Source: Mobula birostris (lineage: Eukaryota). Taken from it: a stretch of DNA of 64,000 bases. This document shows, piece after piece, positions 46,334 to 58,434 of this stretch. The position numbers and the translations under genes were made by a program. Positions within the stretch are counted from its first letter, which is position 1. Each line of letters begins with the position of its first letter. The stretch covers positions 24,669,821 to 24,733,820 of the forward strand of contig NC_092379.1 of assembly GCF_030028105.1 (NCBI RefSeq). Direction: 5' to 3'. The notes below the pieces were generated by a model that was given only the letters and a program-made list of their open reading frames with translations, did not search any database and had not been told where the DNA came from.

Positions 46334-48492
46334 AACTTCATGATGATATTAAAAACGAAGATTCTACTATGTAGACATATACTAGTGCCTTTGAATGAGG
46401 GAATGTTTGGATAGATATTCTAGTGTTGTAAGTTAGTTGGCAGAACAAAGCCCGACGAAGGGTCCGCAGTGTGTTCTCCTGTTTGATATTCTCTGTTTTA
46501 TGTTCCTTGAGATGGAGAACGGTAGATCGTCCGTCTTTTTGTTCTTTCTTAACCCCAAAAGTGTTTTCATCATTTCATCATTTTGCTCAGGTTAAATACA
46601 TTTCATTTGTTATAAGTATTTCTTTTGTAATGTTTTTGTAGGACTGGGGAAAACACTCTGTCAGCTTTTGTAAATGTGAGGTTGCTCATTAGCTTCTGAC
46701 AACCAGCAGAAAAATAAAAGGCACGGCCACTTATATCGTGACTCAAAGGAAGTTCAGCACCGAGCTTCGACAGGCTCACAAATTAATACCCTGTCAATAT
46801 ACTTGAGAAATAAATGAAACAGTCAAATTTGTTTTGAAAAATTATGAGTAGCATCTTATTATATAATTTTCCCATGTGGTTCATGTCAAATTACGTACTT
46901 TAGAATGTGGAGAAGCATTGAGTTTCTGTAGTTACTGAGTCCGCCCTATTCCATATTAATAACATCTCACATCATTTCAAAACCGGATTCCTATGTTCCC
47001 GCCAATATTTGCATAATGTTTTTTTTTCAGAAAAAAAGTACGAAATTGTCTTGAATTCAAAAAATCGATCTACACAAAAGAATCAAAAGAGACATTCCAT
47101 GGATCGATGATCTTGTAGAGAATTAAAATGAGGAAAACATTTTTTTTTTTCACCATGGATATAGGTCTGAAGAAATGTAAAAAGCGCATCACAACTAATT
47201 CTCTATCGTTACTGGATCCGCCACGACTAGGAATATGTGAAGGTGTCACAAAGGCTGGTTTCGTTCACAATGTGTCCAAAATGCTGTTATTGTGCTTGGC
47301 AATTTTTCCAACGACATGCCGAGGTGGAGAAATAATTGGCACATTTTGCAGGTGGAGAAATTAAATTAATGCACGTAAATGCTGGAAAATGTGAAAATTC
47401 ACCGAAATAATAATTAAAATATGGAACATTTACGAACAATCTGCCAGCGCGGGCACCCTGAGAGATGGAAGATCTACCTGTTCCATTGTGTAAAATACAT
47501 TGCTGTATTTTCTTTTGTGAGAGAAGGACGAATGAGAAAAAGGAATGAAAAACAATTTTATTTACAACGTCTTACGCACTATCTACAGATTTGTTGCTCT
47601 TTAATTTAATTAAATAAGATCCATGAGAGGGGAATGATTTGCCATGTTTGCGATAAGAAACTATGCGGTGAGGAGTACAGGCTTTTAAATTGAATACACC
47701 CCGGTGTAAAACTTCATAACCAGTCCTTGTATCACACCCTAATGGTAAAGGAACTCAGCAGACCAGCCAGCATTGACGGGAAGTAGTAAAGAGGCGATGT
47801 TCAGGCATAGATGCATCATCACGATATTCATGTATATACTACTTGACTTGTGGAGAACATCTAGCATTTTCGCTCTGCTGCTTGGGTTTTCAGCACCTGC
47901 AGATTTTCTCATGTTGCCCCATTCGCTGTGACATGTCATTTTCCGTATTGCTTAAAGTTCAATCAGTTTTCATATATGTTTTCTTCCCCCTGATGATGTT
48001 TCTTCTACTTTTGCTACATATGGTACATGTGCTATCATGTTAAAATATTCTGGCGGATGTCGCTTGCATTGCAGTTTATATGTGGGTATCAGGCTCATTC
48101 GCAACTTGGGGTCTCCACTGACTAATCACAACCAGAGGTTGTGCATGATAAATAGTGTCTTTCTCAAGCTTTCGACATACAGTTTCCGTGTACCTGCAGA
48201 GTCAGTTAGCACAGAACATTTCTGAGAAGTTCCGTCTAACTTGATTACGCAATGTGATGACCCAAGATCAGCATTTCTTCTTCTGCCTCTATAACCATCT
48301 GCTGGCAACACAAATGATCGCTCTGCATAAGCGAATGCACTCTTGCCTCTACTCTTGTAATACATGGTTACAGAGCCGCGCTGCTTTTACTTGAATTGTA
48401 TCTTTCCAAAGAAGAGATATTGCTGGCAATCCAAACGCGTTTTTTATTTATTTTTTTTTTTAAATTTCTCCAATTTTATAGCTTCTATCTAC

Positions 48493-49880
48493 CAAACTGA
48501 ATGTACAAGGGTATACATGCTATCGAAGGGACAGAAAGGTGGGCAGAGGGGTTGGGCTGGCCCTGTTGGTGAGGAATGAGATTCAGTCCCTTGCAAGGGG
48601 AGGCATAGAATCAGGAGAAGTAGAGTCAGTGTGGATAGAACTGAGGAACAGTAAGGGCAAAAAGACCCTAATACGTGTTATCTACATTCCCCCAAAGAGT
48701 AGCATGGATATTGGGTGCAAGTTGAATAGGGAGTTAACAATGGCATGTGGCAAAGGAAATGTCGCGGTAGTTGTGGGGTTTTCAACATGCAGGTGAACTG
48801 GGAAAATCAGGTCGATACTGGACCCCAGGATAGGGAGTTTGTAGTGTTCTTACGGGATGCATTTTTGGAGAAGCTTGTACGAGAGCCGACCAGGGATAAG
48901 GCTTTTCTGGATTTAGTGTTGTGCAATGAACAGGATTTGATAAGTAATCTTGAACTAAAGGAGCCGTTAGGAGGTAGTTGAGAGGGATACGGGCAGATCA
49001 GAAGTGTCAGTATTGCAGTTGAACAAAGGAGACTATGGAGCCATGAGGGAGGAGCTGGCCAAAGTTGACTGGTCGGATATCCTAGCAGAAAAAAAACGGT
49101 GTAACCGCAATGACAGGTATTCTTGGGAATAATGCACAAGGTACAAAATCAGTTCATCCCCCGGAGAAGGAAAGATTGAAAGGGGAGAAAGTGGCCACAG
49201 TGGTTGCAAAAGAAGTCAGAGATATGATAGCATTAAAAAAAGAAGTATAACAGAGCTAAGGCGAGCGGGAAGACGGATGATTGGGAAATGTTTAAGGAGC
49301 AACAGAACTTAACTACAAAGGCAATACGGGGAGAAAAAAAAATGAGGTATGAACGCAAGCTAGCTAGGAATATAAAGGAGGATAGCAGACGTTTTATTTT
49401 AGGTATGTGATGAGAAGGAAGATAGTTAAGAACAATGTTGGGCCCTTGAAGAATGAATTGGGAAAATTGTTATGGGAAACAGAAATGGCAGACGAATTTA
49501 ATAAGTACTTTGGATTTATCTTCACTAGGGAAGACAAAAGCAATCTCCCAGATGTATGGATTGGCCAAGGACATAGGGTAACAGAGGAACTGAAACAGAT
49601 TGAAATTAGGAAGGAAACGTTGATGAGTAGACTGATGGGACTGAAGGCTAACAAATCCCCAGGTCCAGATGGTTTGCATCCTAGGGTACTAAAGGAGGTG
49701 GCTCTGGAAATTGCGGATGCATTGGTGATCATTTTCCAATGTTCCTTAGATTCAGGATCACTTCCTGAGGATTGGCGAATGGTTAATGTTATTCCACTGT
49801 TTTTAAGAAAGGAAGGAGGGAGAAAACAGAGAACTATCGCCCTGTTAGTCTAACATCAGTAGTGGGGAAGATGGTAGAGA
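48493..49880 (+). mobile_element. Internal CR1 ORF2 fragment replacing J, D and V of cassette Y3
   Basis: ORFs GLALLVRNEI...VESVWIELRNSKGKKTL and KSPGPDGLHPRVLKEVALEI. The flanks match Y1 ~14258 and ~15495, so ~1.2 kb of host sequence is missing. Confidence 0.85.
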
Positions 49881-49983
49881 AAAACGCAAGACGACTAATA
49901 CTATGACTTCATGAAATACTTAATCTACCTGTTCAGTGTTATATCTGACTCGCATACTGCAGAGAATTGCGTACGGTACTCAC

Positions 49984-50026
49984 GCCGAAAGCAGATGCAG
50001 AGCGTGACATTCAAGAGGAAGTTCAT
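49984..50026 (-). pseudogene. Orphan NAR V leader exon Y3
   Basis: MNFLLNVTLCICFR + GTGAGT; no V exon follows. Confidence 0.85.
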
Positions 50027-52065
50027 CGGGTGTAAGATAGTTTATATGACGGAGAGCTGGACTGCTGCGTTAGGTTATTCCTCAGAACAGGGCAGAGACA
50101 CCTCTGACGGTTGCGGTTCTAGATTTATGCAATTGCTGCGCTATTTCCGAATTACCTTTTTTGCGAGAAAGCGTCTGGTTTAATTAACAATAGATGTGGT
50201 TCAGTTCCCACTCAATCTTTTTGAAACTGATGAGAGAGGTCCTCCATGACAATTTCAACGTCAATACCAGTAATTCTTCATCTTTTGGAAAAAATGCGAA
50301 AAGACCAGGCATCTGCGAAAAGAAAATGAAAAACAAAAATCGTGCCAGGGTGAAAACATATCTCATCAAGATAACAGACAGTGTCGCTAGGTTTATAAAT
50401 ATATAATCAGCCATATCCAGATGTTTTCAGGGATGGAGTCAAGGTGATAGAGAATGGTGGAGAGGTGTTTGAGCAAGTGAATTTTATGGAACTGTGGAAT
50501 TTGGAGCAAAGTTGATGAAATTTACGAGGTCAAAAAGGGTACAATCATTATGCCAGTAGTTACCAGATGTGGCTTTTATTTTTAACCACTTCAGAGGCAA
50601 CGGTTGAATAAACAGGTCATAGAGTACAAGATATTTAATTGGGATACACCATAAGAATAGATTTACCGATTTGAATTGCTGAGTCTGCGGTGAATCAATC
50701 ATGGCTGATCCTTTCTTTTTCGTCCTAAATCCTATTTCCTAGCATTCTCCCGCAATCGTTGATGTTATGTCTAATCCAAAACCTATCAATCTCTCTCTTA
50801 AATACTCCCAGCGACTTGGACACCACAGCTACATGTTACAATAATAGGCACATATTACCATCCACTGGGAAAATAAATTTCTGCGCATCTCTGTTTTATT
50901 ATTTTGAATGGGCGCCCCTCTATCCTGAGGCTGTGCCCTCTTGTCCTAGCTTCGCCCACCAATGGAAACATCCTTTCCAAATCTACTTTGACAGGGACTT
51001 TCAACATTAGATTGTTTTCAATGAGATCCCCTTCATCCTTTTAAATCACAGGGAGTACAGACCCACACCAATCAAGATTAAAAAAAAAAAGAAAAAAAAC
51101 AGTATGTTAACCCTTTCATTCCTTTAATAACCCTTGTGAACCTACTGTGGCCCATCTCCAATACCAGCACGTATTTTCTAAAATGAGCAACCCAAAACAG
51201 TTCACAATGCGCAATATGAGATCTCACTGGTGCCTCATAAATTCTCAGCATCACCTTCCTGCAATTCCATTCTGACCTTCTGAAATCAATGCCTCACTTA
51301 ATGCCAGTGCTATATCCACTCTCATTTCTCTTTTATTTCTTACATAATTAATAAGGGTTTCCGATCACTTTGATAGAATCCGCTAGCTTGCTTTCATGTG
51401 CCTTATTTCCCCTTTGAATGATTATTTTAGTTGCTTTCTGCAGCTTTTTAAACACATTCCATTCCTTTATCTTTTATCTTTCTACTAGTTTTTGCATCTT
51501 CGTATGCTTATGTTTTATTTTTAGATTAGTTTGACTTCACTTTCAGGCACGGTCGTGCAATATTGCCATTCGGGTAATTCTCCATGCTTTGAAATACATA
51601 TGTCATTCCTAATTTTACCCAGAAACGCACGCCATTGTTGCTCTGCTAACATCCCTGTGAGCATCTTCTTCCAATTTACTTTGGCCAGCACCTCTTTCGT
51701 ACCACTGTACTTTCTGTTGCTCCAGTGAAATAGTGCTACGCGAAAATTAATTTCTCCCCATCAAATTTCAACTTGAATTCTATTACATTGTGACCACTGG
51801 TTCTTCAGGGCTTTTTTTTTTTTTTTATCTTCAGCTGCCTAATCGACACTTTCCTTACATAACAGCCAATCCTGTATAGCTGATCCATTTGTAGGTTCAA
51901 CGACAAATTGCTCTAAAAGCCAACTCTTAGGCATTCAACAGCTCATTCTCCGAATCGACCTGCATGTTAAAATCTCCCATGGCTACCGTAACATTGCTCT
52001 TTTAGACGGGCCGTTTCTATTTCCAATTGTAATCTGAGGTCCAACTCCCAGCTACTGTTGGAAGG

Positions 52066-53766
52066 ACAGTATTTAACTGAGATCATAGGCATGCACTCAG
52101 TTTAGGTGCTATGCAAATGTTGTCTTAGGCATGCTGGGCATGCTTAGTCAGGTTAGATGCTGGCAGACAGGCTATAAAAGCTGTTCACATTTACAGATAC
52201 TGTTTAGACACATGTTGATGCAGATATTCTTCAGGCAATAACATAGTGAGTATACTTTATAATAGGATTTATTGTCTTCAGGAAGACTCAATACGGCTGA
52301 AATATCTCAGCTGCGATACCTTCCGTTACATCTGTGGCGGGTATACGATTAAGGCTCAAAGACGCACCATGATTCAACTTATTAAGAAAGCCTATGTTCT
52401 CTAATTGGGATGTAAAACTGATGATCGAAACAAGCCCTAGGCTCCTCACATTTGTTGTGCAACATGTGTATTAAACCTGAGAGCTCGGCTCAGAGGTACT
52501 CGGAAGTCAATGCCAATTGTAGTCCCAATGATATGGTGAGAACAGAAGGATCACGTGGATGACTGTTACTTCTGTCTGACCAATGTATCTGGCTTTTCTA
52601 ATTAAAGTAACAAATCTATTGAATGCCACAATCTGCCTTCAGCCATGAGACCAGTGTTACATGATGACAGTTTGCCAGTACCGAACACACTAGACATATG
52701 GATCCTATGTGAGACAGATGAAGATGCCACAACGCAAGAACCAGATGTGAAAAACGACTCTGATCCAGATGTTAAACCTTTTATGCCTGATTATCCTCAT
52801 TGGGAACACTGACAGAATTAAATCACCTGGTCTGGCACTTGGATTTGTCAAAAGCTAAAGCAGAAATACTTGGTTCAAGGTTGCAAGGATGGAGTTTACT
52901 GTCACCAGGTACAAACATTTCTGTCTTTCGAAACCGGCAGGAATATTGACAAACTTTTTTATACAAGTTGCCAACCTCTGTATCTGTATTGACATTGATT
53001 TACTCTGACGAAGATATGTCTGTCTCCTGTTCACAATAAACACGGATTGGTGAAACATTTTCTTAAAACAATGGAAAAAGGCGGTGATGAATGGCGCTAT
53101 TTGAGACAGATTTATAGAACAATAATTCACGCCAAGATTAAAAAAGGCATTTTTGTTGGTCCACAAATCAGACAGGGCATCAATGACAGGAAGTTCGAAG
53201 ATCTTCTAGTAGGGCCAGAGAAAGTAGCATGGAAGGCATTTAAGGATGTTGTTGAGAATTTTTTGGCAACTACAGAGCACCAAACTAGCTTGAGATCCTT
53301 GATAACATGCTTAAAGCATACTAAACCATGAAGTGCAGCATGGCATTGGAAATTCATTTTCTGCATTCACACTTGCACTTCTTCCCTGCAGATATGGTGC
53401 AGTCAGTGACAAACATGGTGAAAGGTTTTACCAGGACTTTGCAACCATGGAAAAGCGGTATCAGGGCAACTGGAATCCATTAATACTGGCGGACTATTGT
53501 TGGGCAATGTCACGTGTGGCACCAGATACTGTGTACAAAATTATGTGCAAAACATTTTAAGCTGAGTTGAATTAAAACAATGTGTCAGCAGTATTATGCA
53601 ATTAAACCTGTTAAATTCAATAAAAGTTTTTAGTTTATCCAAATTCTTATGTGATCCAGCAAATCTGAAATTATTTTTGTGCTGAGCATGACATTGTCTG
53701 TCATAATTTCCATTTTTATTTTTATTCTGGAAGGTAAACGTTTGAAAATAAAAAAGTTTTCCAGTG
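52066..53766 (+). mobile_element. Chapaev-type relic, uninterrupted copy, right end CCAGTG
   Basis: ORFs WRYLRQIYRTIIHAKIKKGIFVGPQIRQ and YGAVSDKHGERFYQDFATMEKRYQGNWNPLILADYCW. Confidence 0.8.
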
Positions 53767-54112
53767 ACCTATTACCGGAATGTGTAATAATGAGTTCCGC
53801 TGTTTGTATGTGAATGAACGAGCCTGGAGTAATAATGGCCGGTCTGTTTTTGTGCTTGTCTCAATAAAGCCATCATTTGAGATATATATATCATGGGCCA
53901 CATATTCGCCACAATATGTTTATTGTGGTGGCGGTTGACGGGGGACTCTTTTGGAACTTAAAGATCTTAGAAGTGTCTTTATGTAATTAGCAGTGAGTTT
54001 CCCCGTTGGCTGATGTTGAGGACGGAATGATAGGATGTAACATCTGCGTATTTCGAATATTAGAGATTAGTGCAGGATTTTCAGCATCTTCTCTGCGGTC
54101 TTGGTGCTGGTA

Positions 54113-54151
54113 CATTTTGGTACTGCTCCTGTCATATTTTGAAACACTGTG
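54113..54151 (-). other. Second free-standing 23-RSS, X4 copy
   Basis: CACAGTG-23-ACCAAAATG. Confidence 0.75.
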
Positions 54152-54166
54152 TAATCCATAACAGTG

Positions 54167-54192
<26 letters not shown>

Positions 54193-54200
<8 letters not shown>

Positions 54201-54537
54201 TGCAGCTCGCTTCCTCTTGTCTATCACTGTGCCTCTCGGTGACTGATGGCACATTGGCACAAAGCCGAGTCGCTCACTTGCAGTTTCAAGATCTTTGACA
54301 TGCTGATTTTATTTTCCCGATCGACACAACCGAAGAAATGTCCTTCGGCAGCATTTTCCTGATCCTGATCTCCAGAGTTATGCGTCTGGAGCAGAAATTC
54401 TGGAGGCTGTGCTTGGAGCTGCCGATACCATTGTATCGTGTATGGACAAAACCCGAAATATTTTCAGCTTAATGTGACGACGTCATCAGAATAAGAAGAT
54501 TGTAGAGGAGGATTCTTGTATACCATGGATATAGGAT
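54193..54537 (-). pseudogene. Supporting V-delta X4 (54232-54537) with nonsense at the first canonical Cys; RSS 54193-54231
   Basis: TGC>TGA at 54464-54466, otherwise open with FGFCPY retained; RSS CACAGTG-23-ACAAAAAAA, whose A run is expanded to ~30 nt. Confidence 0.9.
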
Positions 54538-55677
54538 CTGAAGGAATTTAAAAGAGGCGTCACAATTACTATACTATCGTTACTGGATTGGCCACTCAAA
54601 GGAATAAGTGAAGGTTCGTACCGGCTGGTTTCGTTCACAATATGTCCAACATGTTTTTTGTGCACTTGGGAATTATTTCAGCGACTTTCTGGGGTAGAGG
54701 AATATTTACTAGATGGTGCAGGAGGAGAATGGAAATTAATAGGAGGAGAGGTGGAAAGACTGCATGAAATTGCTGGAATACGTGAAACCATGGGAATTAA
54801 TAAATAAAATATAGAACATTTGTGAAATATTCTCAGAGAGCGAACACCCAGCGAGTTGGAGGATCTACCTGTTCTATTGTGAAAACTTCTACTTTTTCTC
54901 TCTTTCATGTTTGTAACGGAAAGACGATTAGGAATTCTAACATTTTGGGTGTGTTGATTAGATTTCCAGCATCAGCGGACTTCCGGTTGTATTCTCCCTC
55001 GCTGTTCCAAGTCATTCTCCTTTTTACTTAGCACACCAGGCAGTTTCCACATTTTTTTTTGTTTCTATTCTGATTCTGTTTGTTCTGATTTTGCTATATA
55101 AAGTATATATGCTGTCATCTTAAAATGTTCTCACGCAGTCTGACAGATTTCGCTGGCATTTCAGTTTACACTTAGGCGTCAGACTCAAGTGTGACTTGGT
55201 GTCTCCCCTCACTATTTACATCGACAGCTCGTGCTTGATAGACAAAAAAAAAAAAAAAAAGAAAACATCTTTCTTAACCTTCCAGCCTGCAGTTTCTGTG
55301 GAGCAATACTGAACAATCTCTCAGTGAAGGAAACCCCTGAGAAGTTCCGTCAAACTTGATAGTCCTAGGTGCTGCTCCAAGATCAGCATTCCTTCTGCTG
55401 TCCGCAAAACAGCTGAGGCAAAAGAAATACACGCTCTGCATATGGGAATATGCCCGTGTGTCTCCTTTCGCAATTCCTGGTTACAGGTATGCGCTGTTTT
55501 CACTTTCATGTTAACTTTCCTAACACGAGGGTATGGTTGGTATTCTAAACGTGTTATGCTGCATCAAGCCCTACATAGCTTCTAGAAAAGAAATACCAAT
55601 CAAATTTGATTTTTTTTTTGCTAAACTGCTCTAACATGCAGATAGAAAAAGAAGCTTTATAAAGTTGAAATACTTAC

Positions 55678-55774
55678 CGACTGTGATGGTGACTGTAGAC
55701 CCGGTTCCTTTTTCGTAGTAAATTTCGTAGTAACACACCGTAATCCGACTCTCAATCTCGCTGGTACAAGAATC
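55678..55774 (-). other. J segment X4 (55678-55735) with 23-RSS
   Basis: CYYEIYYEKGTGSTVTITV then G|GTAAGT; RSS CACCGTA-23-ACAAGAATC. Confidence 0.88.
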
Positions 55775-56087
55775 ATCCTCAACTCAGTCTATTCATCAGC
55801 TATCATCGGACAGTGTAGAAACTTCCCAGTTTTTTTTTAAAATATTTTTAAAGAAGAACGACGGCATCCAGTGTTCCACAAACACCATTGAAGCTACCCG
55901 TGAGAAGAAATCTCTGTAAAATGACCTCATCATAGTTTGCGTATGTCGGTTCTGTAAACTGCAGCAAATGTCAAAAAATACCTGAAAGGGGCAAAGTACA
56001 ATGGAATTCATCCGATCACTGTGCGAATGCAATGTGGCATATGATTTTATTCCCCTACTACAGAATATATATTTTAACGGGGCCAGA

Positions 56088-56158
56088 AGTCTTTGTTCGA
56101 TTATCCTCCGTTGTGTGTGTTCCACTCATCCACACCGTTTCATGTCCAGTTCAAATTG
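56088..56158 (-). other. D segment X4 (core 56116-56130, GATGAGTGGAACACA) with 12/12 RSSs
   Basis: J-facing CACAACG-12-ACAAAGACT; V-facing CACACCG-12-TTCAAATTG. Confidence 0.83.
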
Positions 56159-56472
56159 CAGGAGCCTGTTGGCCAGGAGAAAACATCCTCCCAGCTGCTA
56201 TTCCAGTTTCCATGCTATTGGAGCAGTGTCCCCTCTGAAGTAGGAGATTGGGAAGTGGGAGTTTCATTCTCACTCGCTGTTCACTGCACACGTCCTGCGG
56301 AAGGTGGTTTTCCAGGCAAATACAGTAGAGAAGAGAAAATAACTAGCGTATGAACTGACAACTTCCAGTCCCATTGCGAACTACACTGTATGGACGCAGA
56401 CGAAGAAACTTTTGAAATTACCAGCAGATGAACTCCGCTGCTTCAGATGTTTATGGTATAATTTCCATCTGC

Positions 56473-56801
56473 TGTTTGAGTACGGTTGTGATCCCTTTTC
56501 AAACACTGTGTGTCCCATTCATATTCAGCTTTACAAAAATAGGTGACACTGTCGTCAACTTCAAGATTCATAATTGTCAGTGTAAATATCATTTCGGCGT
56601 TATTTTGCGCAATTATAAATCTCGTTCCTGTGGAGATCCGTGCCCATCCCGTTTTTCGCCGTGTTTGTTTGAAGAAATATCCGGTTGCAAACTTATAGTC
56701 TCCCGTCCAACCAGTACGGAAATTGCATGTGATTGTGAGAGACTGGCATTCACTTTTCGTCACCGCTGTCGGGCTGTGGGTCACGGTCTGGCTGAAGAAG
56801 A
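56473..56801 (-). pseudogene. NAR V X4 (56511-56801): open frame and intact 22-RSS, but splice acceptor AG>AC
   Basis: ...TKSECQSLTITCNFRTGWTGDYKFATGYFFKQ...DDSVTYFCKAEYEWD; RSS CACAGTG-22-ACTCAAACA. 56802-56803 read AC on the minus strand, and nearby alternative AGs (+7, -10, -14 nt) are out of frame. Confidence 0.85.
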
Positions 56802-56947
56802 GTTGAAACTAAGAATAAGGAGAAACGAAACAGCATTAGATGTGACACACAATAGAGGGCTAACACGATGACTTCAAGGATTCTGCGTACAATCGTTCAG
56901 TTTCGTACTTAATTCGAATATTCCGTAAATTTGTGAACAGTACTCAC

Positions 56948-56990
56948 GGTCAAAGCAGAGACACAGTGCGACATAGAAGAGAAATTTCAC
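56948..56990 (-). pseudogene. Leader exon X4 with start codon ATG>GTG
   Basis: GTG AAA TTT CTC TTC TAT GTC GCA CTG TGT CTC TGC TTT GAC C|GTGAGT; an upstream ATG gives only ATG AAA CGG TGA. Confidence 0.85.
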
Positions 56991-58396
56991 CGTTTCATCG
57001 CCAGGTGTCAGATGGATTATATAGCGCTAACGAGGCTGCTGTGGTTGGTTCTTGCTGAGAACTGGGAAGAGACACCTCAGCTGGTTTCTGTTCTAAATTT
57101 ATTCAATTCCTTTACTGTTTCCGAATTTGTTTGTTGTGGAAAAAGGCGTCAGATTTGATTAACAATAGTTGTGGTTCCCTTTTCAGGCGATTTCTTTGCA
57201 ACTTATGAGAAAGACAGGGGTACTGCGAAAAGGAAATGACATGATTTACAGATGCAACAGTAAAATGTAGTGTCGCCAAGATAATTGTGAGCGTCACTAG
57301 GTTGATAAACGTTCAGCTGTCAGTTTCCAGAGGTCTCCAGTGATTGAGACAAAGAGATAAGGAAAGGCGAGAAAGGTGTCATAAATGGAACTGGTGATTT
57401 GATGAGCACTGTGGAAGTTGGAAGCAAAGATGATGGCATTGAAGTCATCAGCAAGGGTACGTGAAGCAGCACCAGTACAGTCGTCCATGTAGCATGAATA
57501 AAAAAACAATGAGGAACGTTGAAACGTTACAAGACCGTTTTGAAACATGGACTGTTCCACGAGGGTAACAAAATTACCGCCATAACGGCGTTAGGGTTGG
57601 GGACATGAGGATTCCCATGGCTACGCTGTGGCTTTGGAAAAAGTGGGAGGATCGAAAATAATAATAATTTAAAAACTGTTGTGCGTGAGAACCAGCTAAC
57701 AATGCTGTTTAGTTTTCTTGCTCTTTCTTTGGGAGATAACATGTACGATGCAGTCAGCTTATAGTCTGGCTAATTTCGCCGATTTTTTTGTTCTCTGCAC
57801 AGTCAACAACATTACTTGCATTATCAACAAAGCCCGCATAATTTCAGCATAATTCTGAACTGATACTTCAAATTGCAGACTAATTTTCAAAGAATTGTGC
57901 CAGTATTCCTGTCAATATTATCATTATAATTATTTTTTTTATTACATATATTTTTTCTCATCTCAAACTGTTAAAACTTAAGGGCCAGGTACAGCCAAAC
58001 ACGTCTATTGGTCAGCTGCTGGGAAATTTCGAACTATTCTTGTGTTCTTTCTTATTGTGGCTTTCTGAAGACCTACATGGATACTGCTCTACTTGCTTAT
58101 TCGTTCAATAGTATAATCTAGTGCCTTTGGGATTATACCAGCTGTACATATTACTATGGGGCAATGTATAGTTGCTCCTGTTTCAAAGCCTTTAAATTTT
58201 CTACTTTAATACAGCATATTAACAATGTTTTTTCTCAGTTATTGATTTGGATATTATGTGTGTTTCGATTGGCTATATCTATAATTTAAGCTGCTTTTGC
58301 CATTTATCCCGTATTATTGTATGAAGGCAATTATTATGCATTATCCTCTATGCAATCACTGATGCGTTAGAATATATATGTGTAGTATTCTAACTG

Positions 58397-58434
<38 letters not shown>

